Assembly: GCA_965116585.1 (NCBI GenBank)
Contig: OZ220714.1
Location: forward strand, 2,309,247-2,373,246
DNA: 64,000 bases
DNA from: Gammaproteobacteria bacterium
GTDB lineage: Bacteria; Pseudomonadota; Gammaproteobacteria; Eutrophobiales; Eutrophobiaceae
Direction of reading: 5' to 3'
Shown: one piece after another, positions 60,989 to 64,000 of the stretch
How the letters are laid out: each line of letters opens with the position of its first letter
Numbering within the stretch: the first letter of the stretch is position 1
Made by a program: the position numbers and the translations under genes
The notes under the pieces: model-generated
Seen by the model: only the letters and a program-made list of their open reading frames with translations
Told to the model about the DNA's origin: nothing
Database searches by the model: none

Positions 60989-62644
60989 ATGAATAACCCG
61001 AAAACGACGATACACAGCGCGGCGCAGCGGCGCCATTACCGGGCCGCGGGGTTCTGGCAGGATCAGACCATTTACCAGGTTGTCCGGGATCATGCCGAAC
61101 GCGCGCCCGGCCGTTTTGCCGTGCGCGACCGCCACCGCCGCCTGACCTACCGGCAACTGGTTGTTGCCGCGGACAGGCTGGCGGCATACCTGTCCGGGGC
61201 CGGGGTCGAACCGGGGCAGCAGGTCGCGCTGTGGTTGCCGAACCGGCTGGAAACGGTGGTTGTGTTGCTGGCCTGCTCAAAAAATCGCCTGGTCTGTTGC
61301 CCATCATTGCAGCGCAATCACACGCCCGGCGAAGTCCTGCGGTTGCTGCAGCGTTTTCGTCCCGCGCTGTTGATTACTGAAGCAGGTTACGGCGCCGGCA
61401 GGGAGGCGCGGGATATCGACCGCGCCCTGGCGCGGCTGCCATTTCCTCTCGTGCATCATGTCCTGCCTCCTGTCAGCCGTGATGACGTCGATAACCCGGT
61501 GTTCGACAACTTCAATGACCTGCCGGAAATGTCCCAACGGCCCGCGCCCGCTGATCCCGACGGCCTGGTTTACCTGGCCCTGACCTCCGGCACGACCGCT
61601 GAGCCGAAGGGTGTGATGCACAGCGACAATACGTTGCTGGCCAATGCCCGCGCACTGGCTGCGGACTGGGGCTTCGATCATGCCTCGGTCATCCAGACCC
61701 TGGGGCCGCTAAGCCACAACCTGGGGTTCGGCGCCATGGTTACTGCGCTGAACGCAGGTGGCGAGATCGTCCTGGGCGGACTCAAGCGGGGCGCATCCCT
61801 GCTCGATGACCTGACCCGCACGGGGGCAACGTTCATCTACGGTGTCCCCGCCCACGCGCTGGACCTGGTAAAGGAACTGAGACGACCCGGCGCCGTGGCG
61901 CCCGGCGCCATCACGGGCTTTCGTATTTCCGGCGCCCAGGCGCCCGGCGAGGTGGTCAGGGAATTACTGGGTTACGGCATCAAGGTACAGACCGGCTACG
62001 GCATGACGGAAGCACATTCCCATAACTATACCCTGCCTGGTGACGACTGCGCGCGCATCATCGGCAGCGCGGGCCGGGCCGGGCCCGGCTACGAGGTAAC
62101 AATCTGGTCCCTGCAGGATCGCGACGTTGCCTCCGGCCCCGGTGAGGTCGGCCAGGTCGGCGGGCGCGGGGCCAGCCTGATGTTGGGGTATTACCAGGAT
62201 GAAACTGCGACCGCAAAGTCGTTCAATGCCCACGGCTGGTTTATGACCGGAGACCTGGGCAGCCTGGACGAGGACGGTTATCTTTACCTGAAAGGCCGCC
62301 TGAAGGACATGATTATCCGCGGCGGCCATAACATCTACCCGGCCCGGATAGAGCAGCTTGCCATACGCCATCCTGCCGTCGACAGCGCCGCGGCCGTCCC
62401 GTTTCCCGATGCGCGGTTGGGAGAAAAAGTGTGCCTGGTAGTCGTCCCCGCGGACGGTGCGGCGCCGGATGGAGGCGAGGTGCTGGAGTTTCTGCAGGCA
62501 CAGGGTCTGTCCAAATACGACCTGCCGGAGTACTATGCCGAAATAGATAGCATGCCCCTGACTCCCGGCGGCAAGGTGTTGAAGCGGGAGGTGCTCGATA
62601 TGATCGAAACAGGCCGGCTTGTTCCACACAGCCTGACGCAATAA
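60989..62644 (+). CDS. AMP-binding (class I adenylate-forming) enzyme, acyl-CoA synthetase-like
   Basis: LTSGTTAEPKGVMHS (A3 motif), GYGMTE, and TGDLG...GYLYLKGRLKDMIIRGGHNIYPARIE. Confidence 0.8.
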   Translation: MNNPKTTIHSAAQRRHYRAAGFWQDQTIYQVVRDHAERAPGRFAVRDRHRRLTYRQLVVAADRLAAYLSGAGVEPGQQVALWLPNRLETVVVLLACSKNRLVCCPSLQRNHTPGEVLRLLQRFRPALLITEAGYGAGREARDIDRALARLPFPLVHHVLPPVSRDDVDNPVFDNFNDLPEMSQRPAPADPDGLVYLALTSGTTAEPKGVMHSDNTLLANARALAADWGFDHASVIQTLGPLSHNLGFGAMVTALNAGGEIVLGGLKRGASLLDDLTRTGATFIYGVPAHALDLVKELRRPGAVAPGAITGFRISGAQAPGEVVRELLGYGIKVQTGYGMTEAHSHNYTLPGDDCARIIGSAGRAGPGYEVTIWSLQDRDVASGPGEVGQVGGRGASLMLGYYQDETATAKSFNAHGWFMTGDLGSLDEDGYLYLKGRLKDMIIRGGHNIYPARIEQLAIRHPAVDSAAAVPFPDARLGEKVCLVVVPADGAAPDGGEVLEFLQAQGLSKYDLPEYYAEIDSMPLTPGGKVLKREVLDMIETGRLVPHSLTQ

Positions 62645-62668
62645 TGTGTCGCGTGCGACAAGTTAATC

Positions 62669-62703
62669 GACTGGGTTCCTGCATACGCAGGAACGACGAA
62701 CGG
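62669..62703. repeat. REP-like palindrome (same family)
   Basis: GACTGGGTTCCTGCATACGCAGGAACGACGAACG. Confidence 0.5.
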
Positions 62704-62748
62704 GGAGGAACCCCTGATTAAGTCGGAGCTTCTTAGATAGCAACCGTC

Positions 62749-63756
62749 ATGAAGAAAAAAACCATGCAAGCCGTGATCGTGGATAAGCCCGGAGACGTGC
62801 GCGCAACCCGACTCGGCAATATGCCGGCGCCGTCCCCCGCTGCGGATGAGGTGGTCGTCGATATCCGGGCGACCGCGCTGAACTACGTGGACCTGCTCGT
62901 CATCGCCGGGAAATACCAGTTCCGCAGCGAATACCCGTTCATTCCCGGCAAGGCCCCGGCAGGGGTAGTGCGGGCAACGGGTGAACGGGTAACCGGGCTC
63001 AGGGTCGGCGACCGGGTGCTTGCCATGGCGGAACTGGGCGGGTATGCGGAACAGGTGGCAGTGGCTGCCGACCAGTGTTACCTCTTGCCCGCATCCATGT
63101 CTTATCGCGACGCTGCGGGCATGGCGCTGGCCTTTGACACGGCCTGGATGGCGTTGCGGGAACGGGCGCGTATCCAGGCGGGCGAAGTGGCGCTGGTTCT
63201 CGGCGCATCGGGCGCGGTAGGGCATGCCGCCTTGCAGCTTGCCCGCGCCCTGGGCGTCAGGACACTGGCGGGTATAACCAGGCCGGAAAAAGCGGCACCG
63301 GCGCTGGCCGCCGGCGCCGAAGCGGCCATCGACCTCAGCGTTCCGGACCTGCATGAAAGCCTGCGCCGACAAGTCCATGCGGCCAACCAGGGACGTGGCG
63401 TCGACGTTATTCTCGACCCCCTGGGCGGCGATTATTTTGCTGCGGCGCTGCGCGCGCTGGCCTGGCGCGGCAGATTGGTGGTCATCGGGTTTGCCGGCGG
63501 TCGCATCCCCGCGCTCAAGGCCAATTACCTGCTGCTGAAAAATATCGAGGTGAGCGGGTTGCAGGTAAGCGATTACCGCAAGCGCATGCCGGAACTGATG
63601 CGGGAATGTTTCCAGGAGATCTTTGCGCTGTACCAGGCCGGCAAAATCAGCCCCGCGCCGATTACCCGCTTCCCCCTGCAGGACTACCAGGCCGCGCTCA
63701 CGCGGTTACAGAAGCGGGAGGCGCAGGGCCGGATTATTCTGGAGATAAATGCTTGA
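62749..63756 (+). CDS. NADPH:quinone oxidoreductase / zinc-type alcohol dehydrogenase superfamily (MDR)
   Basis: ...LGASGAVGHAALQLARALG... Rossmann motif; 335 aa. Confidence 0.8.
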   Translation: MKKKTMQAVIVDKPGDVRATRLGNMPAPSPAADEVVVDIRATALNYVDLLVIAGKYQFRSEYPFIPGKAPAGVVRATGERVTGLRVGDRVLAMAELGGYAEQVAVAADQCYLLPASMSYRDAAGMALAFDTAWMALRERARIQAGEVALVLGASGAVGHAALQLARALGVRTLAGITRPEKAAPALAAGAEAAIDLSVPDLHESLRRQVHAANQGRGVDVILDPLGGDYFAAALRALAWRGRLVVIGFAGGRIPALKANYLLLKNIEVSGLQVSDYRKRMPELMRECFQEIFALYQAGKISPAPITRFPLQDYQAALTRLQKREAQGRIILEINA

Positions 63757-64000
63757 TTGCCCGTTCCAGGTCTTCAAGAAACCGGGCAATGTGTTCCTCG
63801 GTGGTATCCCATGAGCACATCAGACGCGCGCCCTGTTCGCCACTGACTATGTGATAAGCCCAGCCGTTATCCCGCATAGTGCGGTGCACAGCCTGGGGCA
63901 GGTTCACGAATACGGCGTTGCTTTGCACCGGCGCCAGCAGTTCGGCTTCGGCAAACCGTTCCAGTCCCGCGGCCAGTAAGGCCGCACAGCGGTTGGCGTG
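63734..64000 (-). CDS. C-terminal part of a threonine aldolase-family protein (gene start lies beyond the window end)
   Basis: ...NAVFVNLPQAVHRTMRDNGWAYHIVSGEQGARLMCSWDTTEEHIARFLEDLERA... is the typical LtaE C-terminus. The ORF is open to the window edge. Confidence 0.5.
   Translation of the reverse strand, partial: HANRCAALLAAGLERFAEAELLAPVQSNAVFVNLPQAVHRTMRDNGWAYHIVSGEQGARLMCSWDTTEEHIARFLEDLERAIKHLSPE

Overview
This is a high-GC (gammaproteobacterial-type) chromosomal segment. About 21 kb of it is accessory DNA that by eye has lower GC than its flanks; the boundaries are approximate.

1..7.6 kb: the C-terminal end of one xanthine-dehydrogenase-family Mo-subunit gene, a TonB-dependent receptor, and a CoxG/CoxM/CoxS/CoxL-like molybdo-flavoprotein operon.

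The 3' end of the CoxL-like gene (7379..7592) is repeated as a 214-bp, ~97% identical direct repeat at 20783..20996. The repeats bracket a 13.2-kb inserted island that has no recognisable integrase. The island carries:
- a HepT/MNT toxin-antitoxin pair;
- an intact IS66-family element (8717..10980; 16-bp terminal inverted repeats, 8-bp target-site duplication GAAAAATT) with a Dam-like methyltransferase as cargo in place of tnpA/tnpB;
- an EcoRI-methylase-like MTase plus DUF262-HNH nuclease operon;
- an SDH/ClpP-fold serine protease;
- a 1794-aa NACHT/STAND NTPase with an N-terminal PD-(D/E)xK-like nuclease domain, resembling Avs or bacterial NACHT antiphage proteins;
- a MITE-like element with 25-bp perfect terminal inverted repeats.

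The accessory DNA continues past the right repeat to about 28.7 kb:
- an XRE-HTH/ImmA peptidase gene and a frameshifted PIN/DUF4411-like gene;
- a second copy of an 86-aa protein (the first copy lies inside the island);
- a GmrSD-type DUF262/DUF1524 nuclease;
- small unknown genes and an AAA/DUF4143 ATPase.
A roughly 120-170-bp intergenic repeat occurs three times in the accessory region.

Core genes follow:
- MFS transporters, hydrolases, an LLM oxidoreductase, an M20 amidohydrolase, an RpiR regulator, an M48 protease, AddB/AddA-like nuclease-helicase genes, ychF, pth, rplY, prs, tRNA-Gln and an acyl-CoA synthetase;
- a likely selenoprotein: a periplasmic AhpC/TSA-type redoxin whose CxxC first Cys codon is an in-frame TGA (W-U-P-Y-C), followed by a SECIS-like hairpin;
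- an unusual 11-gene membrane operon: a MotA/ExbB-like channel, an Hsp70-like/FHA protein, two ExbD-like-anchor/coiled-coil/VWA paralogs, a PEGA/FGE protein, a TPR/PEGA protein and lipoproteins.

Several REP-like palindromes and a 48-bp perfect palindrome are also present. All calls rest on reading the provided ORF translations and sequence by eye; no searches were run.
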